Origin: an uncultured Thermoplasmata archaeon
GTDB lineage: Archaea > Thermoplasmatota > Thermoplasmata > UBA10834
Length of the DNA stretch: 64,000 nt
NCBI GenBank assembly: GCA_963705355.1
Contig: OY970070.1
Location: 91,056 to 155,055, forward strand
Direction of reading: 5' to 3'
Part shown: positions 23,734-33,257 of the stretch, piece after piece
How positions within the stretch are numbered: position 1 is the first letter of the stretch
Layout: every line of letters starts with the position of its first letter
Program-made: the position numbers and the translations under genes
Notes under the pieces: generated by a model
Database searches by the model: none
Seen by the model: only the letters and a program-made list of their open reading frames with translations
Told to the model about the DNA's origin: nothing

Positions 23734-24384
23734 ATGGCCGCAATGCCGAAGATGGAACTCATTCTCATCCGGCACGGGGAGACGGACTGGAACAAGGGTG
23801 CGATTTTCCGTGGCCACGAGGACGTCCGTCTGAATGCGACCGGTGTCGCCCAGGCTGATGCCACCGCGGACGCTCTGAAGGAGAAGGTCTTCGAAGCGAT
23901 CTACTCTAGCCCGCTCAAGCGCTCTCTCGTGACCGCTAGGCGCATCGCGCTTCCTCACGAGATCGTCGTGAGGGAGAACGCAGGCCTGTTGGACATCAAC
24001 TATGGGACTTGGCAGGGGATGAAGGAGAGCACGATCAAGGAGCGCTCGCCCACCGCATATGCAAGGTGGGTGAAGACACCCACGAAGACGAAGTTCCCGG
24101 GCGGCGAAAGCACGAAGAAGGCATGGAAAAGGGTCAACACAGCGCTGCGAGAGATACTGTTCACCCACGGAACGGGGACGATAGTCCTGGTCTCTCACAG
24201 GATCCCGATCAAGTTCATGACTGCGTATCTTCTCGGGGAGGGTTTCTCGGGGTTTCCCAAGGTCAAGCACGATCCGTGCGCCATATCGGTTTTTGAAGTA
24301 GAGCAACGTAAATACAGGCCTGTCGTTCTGAACGACTCAAGCCATCTGGCGAAGCTGAATCTGCCTCCGGAGAGGGACTTCTGA
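23734..24384 (+). CDS. histidine phosphatase family protein (phosphoglycerate mutase-like)
   Basis: LILIRHGETDWN (RHG motif) and a downstream VSH catalytic His. Confidence 0.8.
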   Translation: MAAMPKMELILIRHGETDWNKGAIFRGHEDVRLNATGVAQADATADALKEKVFEAIYSSPLKRSLVTARRIALPHEIVVRENAGLLDINYGTWQGMKESTIKERSPTAYARWVKTPTKTKFPGGESTKKAWKRVNTALREILFTHGTGTIVLVSHRIPIKFMTAYLLGEGFSGFPKVKHDPCAISVFEVEQRKYRPVVLNDSSHLAKLNLPPERDF

Positions 24385-24392
24385 GGTCCTGC

Positions 24393-25103
24393 CTACGCGA
24401 AACGTCTGAAGAAGTTCAGGTCCTTGTCTCGAATGCACTTCGCCTCTGGATAGGCGTTGACCCTGTCGACCAGGACAGCGTTCATGCCCGCCTTCTTCGC
24501 TCCCATCACATCGACCGCGAGCTTGTCGCCTACAAATAGCGATCTGCTCGGGCTCGATCCTGCCGTCGCGGCAGCCAAATGGAATATCTTTGGCGATGGT
24601 TTCCTGACGCCGACCTCTTCAGATAGAATCATGAAATCGAAGTACTTGTTTAGGTCGAGGTTGTCGAACACCTTCCGGACGAGATCGGTGGCGTTCGAGA
24701 CGACTCCGAGCTTGAACTCTCTTTTCTTCAGAATCCGCAAGATCGACTTGACCTCGGGGAAGTCTATCCAGCTCCCAACCTTCGGGATGATGTCGTCCCA
24801 GGTCTCGCCCAGATCCTTGGTGAACCGCTTTCTGTCTCCCTTGAATCCGAGCTCATCGAGGACGAAATCATCGTACCTGGACCAGAAAGTAGCCTCGTTC
24901 TTTCCGTCCAGCTTAGCGAATTCCGAATCGAACCGCCCGTCGGCCTTCGCGAGTAGCGCTGCTATCCTTTTCGGCTCGATTCTTCCGCCATGCTTCGCAA
25001 GAACCCTTGAGAAGACCTTCTCACGGGTCGGCCTTACCTCTATGAGCGTCCCGCCCGCGTCGAACATTATTGCGTCGATCTCTTCACTCATCTGCAACTC
25101 CAC
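24393..25103 (-). CDS. HAD-IA family hydrolase (REG-2-like)
   Basis: Motif I is IMFDAGGTL (a DxxxT variant). Motif II is VVSNA and motif IV is FVGDKLAVDVMGAKKAGM. Confidence 0.75.
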   Translation of the reverse strand: MELQMSEEIDAIMFDAGGTLIEVRPTREKVFSRVLAKHGGRIEPKRIAALLAKADGRFDSEFAKLDGKNEATFWSRYDDFVLDELGFKGDRKRFTKDLGETWDDIIPKVGSWIDFPEVKSILRILKKREFKLGVVSNATDLVRKVFDNLDLNKYFDFMILSEEVGVRKPSPKIFHLAAATAGSSPSRSLFVGDKLAVDVMGAKKAGMNAVLVDRVNAYPEAKCIRDKDLNFFRRFA

Positions 25104-25140
25104 TCGCGTGCCATTCGCGAATTCCCAAGATCGAATGCTC

Positions 25141-25998
25141 CTACCTGAGCAGTTCCGGTACGTCTGTCGGGATGCTCGCGACTTTGGCGCCCGCGGCCTC
25201 GAGCGCCTTGATTTTGCTCTCCGCGGTCCCTCTGCCGCGAGTGATTATCGCGCCAGCGTGGCCCATCCTCTTGCCCGGAGGAGCTGTCCTTCCCGCGATG
25301 TAGGCCACGACGGGCTTGTCCACGTTCTCTCTTATGAATTCAGCGGCCTCCTCCTCCGCGGTGCCGCCTATCTCCCCGACCAGAACGATCTTCTTCGTCT
25401 GCCTGTCGTTCTGGAACTTCTCAAGGACGTCGATGAAGTTGGTTCCCGAAACCCTGTCACCGCCGATTCCCACACATGTGGATTGACCTAACTTATGCTC
25501 TGTTATCGCGTTGACTATCTCGTATGTGAGAGTCCCCGATCTTGAAACCAATCCGATGTTGCCCCGCCTGAAGATCGTGTTCGGCAGGATTCCGACCTTT
25601 GCCTTTCCGGGCGATGCGATCCCGGGGCAGTTCGGTCCGATCACCGTGATGCCTCTGCTCCTGGCCACCGCCACGATGTGGACTGCGTCGAGGACCGGCA
25701 GGTGCTCTGTGACGATGACAATCGTTCCAATCCCTGCATCTATGGCCTCGAGCGCTGCGTCCTTGCAAAAGGGTGCAGGCACGAAAATGCAGGAGGTGTT
25801 GGCGCCCGTGCTCGCAACCGCTTCGGATATCGACTCGAAGACGGGAATGCCATTCACCGTCTCGCCGCCCTTGCCGGGGCTCGTGCCGGCGACGACGTTC
25901 GTGCCGAAGTCGCGCATCGCCTTCGAGTGGTACGTGCCCTGGTAGCCCGTGATGCCCTGAACGACCAATTTCGTGCTGTCGTCAACGATGATCGCCAT
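25141..25998 (-). CDS. sucD: succinate--CoA ligase (ADP-forming) subunit alpha
   Basis: VQGITGYQGTYH, SRSGTLTYE and the phosphohistidine loop MGHAGAI. Confidence 0.93.
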   Translation of the reverse strand: MAIIVDDSTKLVVQGITGYQGTYHSKAMRDFGTNVVAGTSPGKGGETVNGIPVFESISEAVASTGANTSCIFVPAPFCKDAALEAIDAGIGTIVIVTEHLPVLDAVHIVAVARSRGITVIGPNCPGIASPGKAKVGILPNTIFRRGNIGLVSRSGTLTYEIVNAITEHKLGQSTCVGIGGDRVSGTNFIDVLEKFQNDRQTKKIVLVGEIGGTAEEEAAEFIRENVDKPVVAYIAGRTAPPGKRMGHAGAIITRGRGTAESKIKALEAAGAKVASIPTDVPELLR

Positions 25999-27108
25999 TC
26001 AGACCACCTTCAGCGATTCCTTCGAGGCGAGTTCGGCGGCTTCGCTGAGTCCTGAAGCGGGTATCATGCCAGCATCCTTCAGCATGCCCCTCGCGATGTC
26101 CTCGTTGACGCCCTTGATCCTCGCGACTATCGGGAAGCTCAAGTTCTGCCCTTCGATCGCCTCCAGGACGCCCTTGGCGACAGTGTCGCACTTGGTGATC
26201 CCGCCGAATATGTTGAGCAGGACGACCTTTGGGTTCGCCTCGCGCATCAGCAGCATGGCGCTCTTCACCTTCTCCGGGTCGTCGGTTCCGCCCAGATCCA
26301 AGAACACTCCGGCCTTCCCCCCGAACATGTTTATGCTGTCGAGCGTGGCCATTGTGAGGCCAGCCCCGTTCGCGATGACTCCAATATTGCCCTCAAGTTG
26401 AACGAACGCGATGTCGAGCTTCCTGGCCTTTTCCTCGAGTGGCGTGAGGTCCTCAGTGAGCGAGTCGTATTCTCTGTGCCTGAAGAGCGCATCGGAATCA
26501 ATCGTGACCTTCGCATCGCCCGCAATCACCTTACCATCCTTCGTTATGACCAGCGGGTTGATCTCCGCGAGCTCTGCATCTTCCTTCATCACCAGTTCGC
26601 TCATCCGCTGGCATACGTTCGCAACTTGTGATGCCAGCTCCTTGTGCAAACCAATGAACGCGGCCACTTTTCTTCCGACGTATGGGGAATACCCGATCAG
26701 CGGGTCTATCGGCTGTATCAGTATCCTGTCCTCGGAGACGCTCTCGATATCCATGCCTCCATCCGGTGAAGCCATCACTATGAGGCTCCTCCTGCTCCTG
26801 TCTATTGTTATCCCGAGATAGAGCTCTTTTGCGATATCCAGTCGCCTCTCCACCAGGACTTCCTTCGCCACGTATCCCTTGATGTTCATTCCGATGATTG
26901 CGGAGGCTGCTTTCCGAGCCTCATCCGCACTATCGGCGGGTTTTATTCCGCCAGCCTTGCCCCTGCCCCCGATCAATACCTGCGCTTTGACCATGACCGG
27001 ACCCGATATCGACTTGATTTGGCTGGGTGAGGAAACGACGAAGCCCTCAGGAACTGGTATGCCGTACTTCTTGAGGACTTCCTTGGCCTTGTACTCGAAG
27101 AGTTTCAT
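25999..27108 (-). CDS. sucC: succinate--CoA ligase (ADP-forming) subunit beta
   Basis: MKLFEYKAKEVLKKYGIPVP, an ATP-grasp domain and a C-terminal NIFGGITKCD. Directly abuts sucD. Confidence 0.93.
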   Translation of the reverse strand: MKLFEYKAKEVLKKYGIPVPEGFVVSSPSQIKSISGPVMVKAQVLIGGRGKAGGIKPADSADEARKAASAIIGMNIKGYVAKEVLVERRLDIAKELYLGITIDRSRRSLIVMASPDGGMDIESVSEDRILIQPIDPLIGYSPYVGRKVAAFIGLHKELASQVANVCQRMSELVMKEDAELAEINPLVITKDGKVIAGDAKVTIDSDALFRHREYDSLTEDLTPLEEKARKLDIAFVQLEGNIGVIANGAGLTMATLDSINMFGGKAGVFLDLGGTDDPEKVKSAMLLMREANPKVVLLNIFGGITKCDTVAKGVLEAIEGQNLSFPIVARIKGVNEDIARGMLKDAGMIPASGLSEAAELASKESLKVV

Positions 27109-27246
27109 CCGCGAATCGCCTTCTCGGAGTAACCCCGAATCTGCCTATTTATGTATTGTCAAATGACGGGATATCCATGCTCTAGCTCTGGCATGCGGAA
27201 CAGCCATGGAAAGGCTTATCCCACAGCCATCCAATCTCACATTCCG

Positions 27247-27747
27247 ATGGAGCAGGACATAAAGATTGAGACGCTAATCATAATGTCCGTCCTCATTTTT
27301 GCGGTCTTGGGCATCGTCGGTTTCGTCATTCCCTTCGAAGACACGAACACGAAGCTTTTCTTCATCGGCGTCGTCGCAGCCCTGACCGCCATTAACGTCG
27401 TTGGCTTGTTCATGGTCTGGAAGTCGTCTCCAACGATCGTGGACGAGGTCTTCTTGATGACTCCCAACGGGATGCTCCTGAAGCACTACACGAGGCGTCT
27501 CAGGCCAGACCAGGACGAGGATATCTTGGCGGGCATGCTCACCGCTGTCCAGAACTTCATTCGGGAGAGCTTCGACGAGGCCGGTGGAAAGCTCAACGAG
27601 ATCAGGTTCGAGAACTACGACATCCTGATCTCGCACTCGAAGAATGTCGTCATCGCGGCCATCATCTCTACGAAGAAGCCGGAGAGATTGAGGGACCAGC
27701 TCAAGACCGCCACGGACGACCTCGAGGAGAATTCGGGGAAAGGCTGA
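27247..27747 (+). CDS. two-TM membrane protein with a cytoplasmic roadblock/longin-like domain (inferred)
   Basis: The start is probably MEQDIKIE. It has two TM helices followed by an alpha/beta-patterned domain of about 100 aa (VFLMTPNGMLLKHY...ILAGMLTAVQNFIRESF...IRFENYDILISHSKNVVIAAII). It lies just upstream of a small GTPase gene. Confidence 0.45.
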   Translation: MEQDIKIETLIIMSVLIFAVLGIVGFVIPFEDTNTKLFFIGVVAALTAINVVGLFMVWKSSPTIVDEVFLMTPNGMLLKHYTRRLRPDQDEDILAGMLTAVQNFIRESFDEAGGKLNEIRFENYDILISHSKNVVIAAIISTKKPERLRDQLKTATDDLEENSGKG

Positions 27748-27883
27748 GCCATTGGAGCGGGGACAAGAAGGACCTCGGGGACGTGGACACCATCATGAAG
27801 AAGTTCCTTTCTGGCAAGTACCGGCGCTAGCCACCGCCAGCCGCGAAGAGCCATAGTGAAAGGTTTAATGCCCTTTCCACACA

Positions 27884-28711
27884 TTGCACTTCTGGATGGA
27901 GCTAAGGGACATACTCAAGAAGGTCGTACTCCTAGGCGACGGAGGCGTCGGCAAGACCTCTCTGATCGCTAGATATGTCGTCGACAAGTTCGATGACAAG
28001 TACATCGCGACCATCGGGACGAAGGTTTCCAGAAAGGACATCCAGTTTGTGAAGCCCGATCTTATCATAAACCTCAGGATGATGATCTGGGACATCCTTG
28101 GCCAAAAGGAGTACTCGAAGATACGCTCCGCGAGCTTGAGCGGGGCTCAGGGGCTGATTCTCGTCGGAGACCTGTCACGCGCAGAGACAATCGGCAGTAT
28201 GAAGGATTTTTGGCTGAAGGAGGTCGGCCTGATCGTCGGCGAGATACCCACTGTCATCGTGGGCAACAAGACCGACCTTGCCGAGAAGGGCTCGATGTCC
28301 GAGATGCTGCTGGAGTCAATGGGCCAGAAGCTGGGTTGTCCGACCGCGCTCTGCAGCGCGAAGACAGGCGAGAACGTAGAGAACCTGTTCAACGTCCTCG
28401 GGGAGCTGCTCGTGGCCGAGGTCGCCGCGATGCGGGTCAAGACCAAGGGGAAGCCACCCCAGACGCTCGCCGAAGTAGTCGACTTTATCGTGCAGGACTT
28501 CTGCGCGCAGTACGGGGACCTCGAGAAGGCCATGCTCATTGTGCAACACCAGTTCGAGGATGCAGGTGTCGATATCAGGAAGCCTCAGAAGGAGGCGGTT
28601 CTGCACGTGCTCGACGGCCTCGCCAAGGCTGAGGAGCTCTCGCTCACCAAGAGCATCGCGAGGGTCAACCTCGAGGAGAGGCAGCGGATGGTTATCCTCG
28701 CCAAGGGTTGA
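27884..28711 (+). CDS. Ras-superfamily (Rab/Ras-like) small GTPase with a C-terminal helical extension of about 100 aa
   Basis: G1 LLGDGGVGKTS, switch I T (IATIGT), G3 WDILGQ, G4 GNKTDL, G5 CSAKTG. Confidence 0.8.
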   Translation: MHFWMELRDILKKVVLLGDGGVGKTSLIARYVVDKFDDKYIATIGTKVSRKDIQFVKPDLIINLRMMIWDILGQKEYSKIRSASLSGAQGLILVGDLSRAETIGSMKDFWLKEVGLIVGEIPTVIVGNKTDLAEKGSMSEMLLESMGQKLGCPTALCSAKTGENVENLFNVLGELLVAEVAAMRVKTKGKPPQTLAEVVDFIVQDFCAQYGDLEKAMLIVQHQFEDAGVDIRKPQKEAVLHVLDGLAKAEELSLTKSIARVNLEERQRMVILAKG

Positions 28712-28794
28712 GTTCTGTCAAACCTGGCATACATAATGGATAATCCTGTTTAAAGACCAAAGTTTTATAACACGGGTGCTATCCCCCTTTTGAG

Positions 28795-29442
28795 ATGAAG
28801 GTCCACTACCTTGCTGGGGTGGGATACGACAGTAACGTGTATCTCCTGGAAGATGAGGACCCGATAGTGGTGGACACAGGAACTGGGATGTACGCCGAGA
28901 CGATCCTGGAGGAGCTGTCGAGGATCGTACCCCTGAAGAAGGTCGGCAGGATAGTCCTGACACACTGTCACTACGACCATCTGGGGGGCGCGGCCGATTT
29001 CCAGAAGGCCACAGGAGCGAGGATCTATTTGCACGAGGCCGAGGCGATGCCTATCATGGCGGGCGACATGTCACTCGCGATCTCGGAGATGTTCGGGCAG
29101 AGGCTGAGAGAGCTCGACCTTGAGCCGCTCAGGACGGGGCAGAAGTTGAAGTGCGGCTCGTCGCAGCTGGAAGTGCTTCACTCCCCGGGCCATTCGCCTG
29201 GCAGCATAGTCCTCCACGAGAAGGAATCCCGGTCGGCCGTCGTCGGCGACACGGTCTTCTGCGATGGAGGAGTAGGCAGATGGGACCTGCCGGGAGGCGA
29301 CCTGGGCCAGCTGATCTCATCTCTGAAGCGCCTAGGTGAGCTGGGACTGAAGAACATGTACCCTGGTCACGGACCGTATACGGAAGGCGATGCCCCGATG
29401 CACCTGCGGCTCGCTACCAAGTACATAGAAGAGGGCTACTGA
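28795..29442 (+). CDS. MBL-fold metallo-hydrolase
   Basis: THCHYDHLGG (HxHxDH), a downstream H in HSPGHSPGS, and PGHG. Confidence 0.8.
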   Translation: MKVHYLAGVGYDSNVYLLEDEDPIVVDTGTGMYAETILEELSRIVPLKKVGRIVLTHCHYDHLGGAADFQKATGARIYLHEAEAMPIMAGDMSLAISEMFGQRLRELDLEPLRTGQKLKCGSSQLEVLHSPGHSPGSIVLHEKESRSAVVGDTVFCDGGVGRWDLPGGDLGQLISSLKRLGELGLKNMYPGHGPYTEGDAPMHLRLATKYIEEGY

Positions 29443-30083
29443 TGAGAATGATCAAGTGCGCAGACAAGAAGAACTGCAAGAAGTGCGACATCAAGGAGAA
29501 GGAGCTGGAAGAGGTTGTAGCAGCTCTCAGATCCGGGGAGCTGGTGGTCTTCCCGACGGACACTCTCTATGGCATCGGAGCCGACCCGTTCAACGAGAAC
29601 TCGGTCAAGAAGGTCTTCGTCGCGAAGAACCGGCCTTTCGACATGCCGTTGTCCATTGCTGTCAGCAACGAGAAGATGATGGAGAGCGTGGCTGTCCTCA
29701 ACGATAACGCGAGGAAGCTCATACGCAAGTTCCTCCCCGGCCCGTTGACGATCATGTTGACGAAGAAGCCGAGCCTCCCTGACATTCTCACATCCGGGTC
29801 GAACCAAGTGGGCATAAGGATCCCTGATCACCCGTTCGCCATCCGGCTCATCGACAAGTTCGGACCGATTATTGCGACTAGCGCCAACCTACACTCTCAC
29901 CCTGACCCGTTCGATGTGACGATGGCCCAGAAGGACCTCAAGGGTCACATCCATTTGTGCGTGGACTGTGGAAAGACAAAATACGCTGAGCCATCGACCA
30001 TCGTTGATGTCTCCGATGGAGCGGTCGAGGTCATCAGAAAGGGCGTCATTTCTCAGGAGCAGATTGAGAATGCCCTCCGTTAG
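29442..30083 (+). CDS. tsaC: L-threonylcarbamoyladenylate synthase (TsaC/Sua5 family, short form)
   Basis: VVFPTDTLYGIGADP, RPFDMPLSI, SANLHSHP and STIVD motifs. Confidence 0.85.
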   Translation: MRMIKCADKKNCKKCDIKEKELEEVVAALRSGELVVFPTDTLYGIGADPFNENSVKKVFVAKNRPFDMPLSIAVSNEKMMESVAVLNDNARKLIRKFLPGPLTIMLTKKPSLPDILTSGSNQVGIRIPDHPFAIRLIDKFGPIIATSANLHSHPDPFDVTMAQKDLKGHIHLCVDCGKTKYAEPSTIVDVSDGAVEVIRKGVISQEQIENALR

Positions 30084-30963
30084 ACCGGATGTTCTCGAGA
30101 AGTACATCAAGGCCGGAAGGATCGCTGGGGAAGCGCGTGATTTCGGCATCTCTCATGTGAGATCCGGCAGCAGTGCGCTCGAGCTCGCGGAAGCCATCGA
30201 GCGCCTGATCCGTCAGAGGGGTGCCGAGTGCGCATTCCCAGTCAACATCGGAGTAAACGAGGTCGCGGCGCATTACACTCCCTCGCGCGAGACCGATATC
30301 CGGTTCCGGGACGGCGACGTCGTCAAGATCGACGTCGGAGCTCACGTCGACGGCTATCCTGGAGACACAGCTGCGTCGGTCGAGGTCGGGACAAGGAACC
30401 ATGTCGCTCTGATAAGCAGCGCCAAGGAAGCGCTCGCAGTCTGTGTCGAGATGGTCGCTCCGGGCACTTCCCTGAATTCCATGGGCGAAGCTGTCTCGGG
30501 GACCATAATGTCCGCCGGATTCAAACCTGTCTCCAACCTGACGGGCCACAGCATGGAGAGATACAATCTTCACGCCGGCCTGAGCATCCCGAACGTGGGA
30601 ACGAGGGACAAGGCAGTATTGGAGGAGGGGATGATTCTGGCGATCGAGCCCTTCTCGACTGTTGGTGCCGGCAAGGTCGCCGGGAAGGGCCGCGGAAGCA
30701 TCTTCAGGATCGTCAGGGACAGACGCGCTCCTCCAGATGTGCTGGAGATGTTCCACAAGATACAGTCCAAGTTCGGTCCTTTCCCATTCGCAGGGCGCTG
30801 GTGTGATCAACTCTTGCCGAACTCGAGCGCTCTTGTGCACAAGCTGTTCAGGCTTGGCATGATCATGAACTACCCCATCCTCACTGAGGTTGCTGATGGT
30901 GTCGTGGCACAGGCGGAACACTCAGTCATTGTCACATCAAGCGGCTGCAGGGTTCTGACCTAG
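30070..30963 (+). CDS. map: methionine aminopeptidase, type 2 (archaeal)
   Basis: The internal start is MPSVRPDVLEKYIKAGRIAGEAR. Metal ligands lie in DVVKIDVGAHVDGY, GHS, LAIEP and AEHSV. Confidence 0.88.
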   Translation: MPSVRPDVLEKYIKAGRIAGEARDFGISHVRSGSSALELAEAIERLIRQRGAECAFPVNIGVNEVAAHYTPSRETDIRFRDGDVVKIDVGAHVDGYPGDTAASVEVGTRNHVALISSAKEALAVCVEMVAPGTSLNSMGEAVSGTIMSAGFKPVSNLTGHSMERYNLHAGLSIPNVGTRDKAVLEEGMILAIEPFSTVGAGKVAGKGRGSIFRIVRDRRAPPDVLEMFHKIQSKFGPFPFAGRWCDQLLPNSSALVHKLFRLGMIMNYPILTEVADGVVAQAEHSVIVTSSGCRVLT

Positions 30964-31045
30964 CCTCGAACCACTCCGTAAGATAAGCTCAGAATCGATT
31001 GAAGGGCATCTCAAGCTTTCTTGACCCCCTCCAGAACCTCGAGCC

Positions 31046-31081
31046 CTCCACCCTGTCACTCTAGAAAAAGGCAGGGTGGAG
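31046..31081. terminator. perfect 10-bp inverted repeat followed by a T-run (possible terminator after map)
   Basis: CTCCACCCTG-16 nt-CAGGGTGGAG, with CTCTTTTGTG about 20 nt downstream. Confidence 0.3.
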
Positions 31082-31397
31082 AGGCACGACGAACACCTCT
31101 TTTGTGTAAAAGTTGTGGGTGGTTCGAAATTCTGGAGGAAATGGCGAGGTGTGTTGGTAATGCCTCTCCATGTTGGAGATAGCAGAGCGTCCTCACGCAC
31201 TGCTTGTATCACTGAACCACATACGGTCTTTAATTCCTTTCGGTTTCACTATTTCCCGGCGATAACGGGTTCTGAGGCGGCTCATGTAGCGTTTGAAATC
31301 GCAGCACGCTGACCGTTCTGGCAGAACCGCATCGAAGGCCTCACGAACCTGCCTTTCCGCTGCATGGTTCACTGTTTAAGAATGGCATTTACATATG

Positions 31398-31405
31398 TTT
31401 ATTAT
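31398..31405 (+). promoter_or_regulatory. TATA box for tRNA-Leu(CAA)
   Basis: TTTATTAT is centred about 30 nt upstream of tRNA position 1. Confidence 0.55.
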
Positions 31406-31430
31406 CCCACCAAACCTACCAAACGGTCGC

Positions 31431-31515
31431 GCGAGGGTAGCCAAGCTCGGTCAAAGGCGACAGACTCAAGATCTGTTCTCGCAGGAGTCCCCCGGTTCAA
31501 ATCCGGGCCCTCGCA
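31431..31515 (+). tRNA. tRNA-Leu (anticodon CAA)
   Basis: Folded by hand. The acceptor is GCGAGGG/CCCTCGC plus discriminator A, the D arm is GCC/GGC, the anticodon arm is ACAGA-CUCAAGA-UCUGU, the variable arm is long, and the T arm is CCCGG-UUCAAAU-CCGGG. No CCA is encoded. Confidence 0.92.
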
Positions 31516-31564
31516 CATTAGTTACCGGTAACTTATATATAGGCCAGACATATATCTGCGTCTG

Positions 31565-32161
31565 ATGAAAAAAGGCCCGGGAAGACCCAATTTAGGGCGA
31601 AAAAAGACCTTCAAAGACCGTCAGGTCGACCTCTATCTTCCGACCGTAGAAATGGTCAAGCAGTGGAAGGTCGAGGCGGAAAAACACGGGCTCTCACTCT
31701 CCAAGTTTGTCGTGGAAGTCGTCGACGACACCCTCAGGAAGAACCCGAGAGGCGTGACCCCGAGGGAGCAGCTTGAAGATGAATTGAACAAGACCTGGGC
31801 AGAGCTGACGACTCTCTCTATCGAAGTGGATCATCTTAGGGAGGCTCAAAAGAGGAACGAAGCGACTATAGCGGAGTATCGGGAGAAACTCGCGAGGCCT
31901 GCGGTCGTCTCTGAGGAATCCGCTGAATATGTCCCTATTCTAGCTGAGCTAATCCAAGAGGAGAAGGTCCTTCCGATTGAGAGGGCCAAGAAGATGTTCG
32001 GGATCGGAGACGCAGATGTCGATGCTCTTCGCGCGCTAGGCGCCGCCGTGGACGCACTGGCTAGCATGGGGCTCATCGAGAAAGGCATCTCGGATTGGAG
32101 GTGGATACGTGGAAATCGCAGAAAGAGGCAAGCCTCTCCGCGCACACGAGAACCTCGATAA
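31565..32161 (+). CDS. RHH (CopG/Arc-like) DNA-binding protein with coiled-coil; possible excisionase/regulator
   Basis: The beta-alpha-alpha pattern VDLYLPTVEMVKQWKVEAEKHGLSLSKFVVEVV is followed by a heptad-rich segment. It sits just upstream of and overlapping the integrase gene. Confidence 0.5.
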   Translation: MKKGPGRPNLGRKKTFKDRQVDLYLPTVEMVKQWKVEAEKHGLSLSKFVVEVVDDTLRKNPRGVTPREQLEDELNKTWAELTTLSIEVDHLREAQKRNEATIAEYREKLARPAVVSEESAEYVPILAELIQEEKVLPIERAKKMFGIGDADVDALRALGAAVDALASMGLIEKGISDWRWIRGNRRKRQASPRTREPR

Positions 32162-33083
32162 CCACTTCGCCTCCTTCATTGAGGACTGCCGCCTCCGAGG
32201 GATGACCCATTACTCGATTCTTTCGTACGCCTCCGTGCTGCGAAGTTTCAACCGTCATCTCGGCAGCCTTGGCATCCAAGATGCCGCTGACATCGACAAG
32301 AACGCCGTAAGGGACTATGTACGAGTCCTGCGCGAGGATCGCAAGCTGAGTATCTCTACGATCGAGAACCATCTGTCGAGCATCTCTGCGTTCTTCGACT
32401 ACCTGATGTACGAGGACGTGGTCGACTCAAACATAGCGTTGTCTGTTCGCAAGCGGTATGTGAGGAGATACAAGGCTGAGACACCCGGCGAGGGCCACAC
32501 GAGGAAGCTCATCACAGTGGAGCAATTGAAGGCGTTGGTCGAGTCCATCCTCCAGCCGCGCGACAAGGCCATGGTCGTCCTTCTTGCGAAGACAGGCATC
32601 AGGAGGAGCGAGCTCGTCACCATCGACATCAAGGACGTCGACTTCGCCAGCATGAAGATACTCCTCAAGCCTAAGGCGAAGAGGTCGAACCGGGTAGTCT
32701 ACATCGACGAGGAATGCGCGAGTCTCTTGCAGGATTGGCTCATCGTGAGGCAGAGATATGCCAGAAGTGACGTTCCCGCACTGTTCATAACCGAAGCTGG
32801 AGGTAGGGTGGACAGGAACGGGGTCTACAACATCGTGACGAGCCACGCTGCCCGTATGGGTCTGCACGATGCGTCCTCATGCAGGCTGGAGGATCATTTC
32901 TCACCGCACTGCCTCCGCCACTGGTTCACAACCCAGCTTCGGAGGAACGGGATGCCCAGAGAGATGGTCCAAGAGTTGAGAGGGGACATTCGCTCAGATG
33001 CGATTGACATCTATTATCACATCGATGAGGAGCAGCTCAGGAGCGAGTATCTCAGGTGCATCCCGAGACTTGGGACACGGTAG
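32109..33083 (+). CDS. tyrosine recombinase / integrase (XerC/D-like)
   Basis: SAM-like N-domain (FIEDCRLRGMTHYSILSYASVLRSF). Catalytic R (TGIRRSEL), HxxR (HCLRHW) and Y (IDIYYH). GTG start. Confidence 0.88.
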   Translation: MEIAERGKPLRAHENLDNHFASFIEDCRLRGMTHYSILSYASVLRSFNRHLGSLGIQDAADIDKNAVRDYVRVLREDRKLSISTIENHLSSISAFFDYLMYEDVVDSNIALSVRKRYVRRYKAETPGEGHTRKLITVEQLKALVESILQPRDKAMVVLLAKTGIRRSELVTIDIKDVDFASMKILLKPKAKRSNRVVYIDEECASLLQDWLIVRQRYARSDVPALFITEAGGRVDRNGVYNIVTSHAARMGLHDASSCRLEDHFSPHCLRHWFTTQLRRNGMPREMVQELRGDIRSDAIDIYYHIDEEQLRSEYLRCIPRLGTR

Positions 33084-33100
33084 TTCAGAGGGAGCCGTGT

Positions 33101-33152
33101 GTGAACCGAGAAGACTGGCCATTTTTCAATCAGCGGGTTTTAGTACCGAGAT
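33101..33152 (+). repeat. direct repeat, copy 1 (about 52 nt)
   Basis: TGTGAACCGAGAAGACTGGCCATTTTTCAATCAGCGGGTTTTAGTACCGAG is roughly 70% identical to 33207-33257. Confidence 0.6.
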
Positions 33153-33206
33153 AAAAACCTTTCCATTTCTTTCCCTAGTGAAAATCGAGTTCAGAGTCCA
33201 CGCCAT

Positions 33207-33257
33207 GTGAACCCGGATGTGTGGTCATTTCTCAATCATGGGATTATGGCACCGAGC
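33207..33257 (+). repeat. direct repeat, copy 2
   Basis: TGTGAACCCGGATGTGTGGTCATTTCTCAATCATGGGATTATGGCACCGAG. A weaker third copy may lie around 33336-33385. Confidence 0.6.

Noticed and set aside
30937-31390. A 91-aa minus-strand ORF (30937..31212). Also a roughly 58-aa minus-strand frame near 31195-31375 (…ERQVREAFDAVLPE…FKRYMSRLRTRYRREIVKPKG…) that vaguely resembles a transposase or integrase C-terminal remnant.
   Set aside because: There is no start codon context, no recognisable catalytic motif, and both are too short to judge without a database search. The region is left unannotated.
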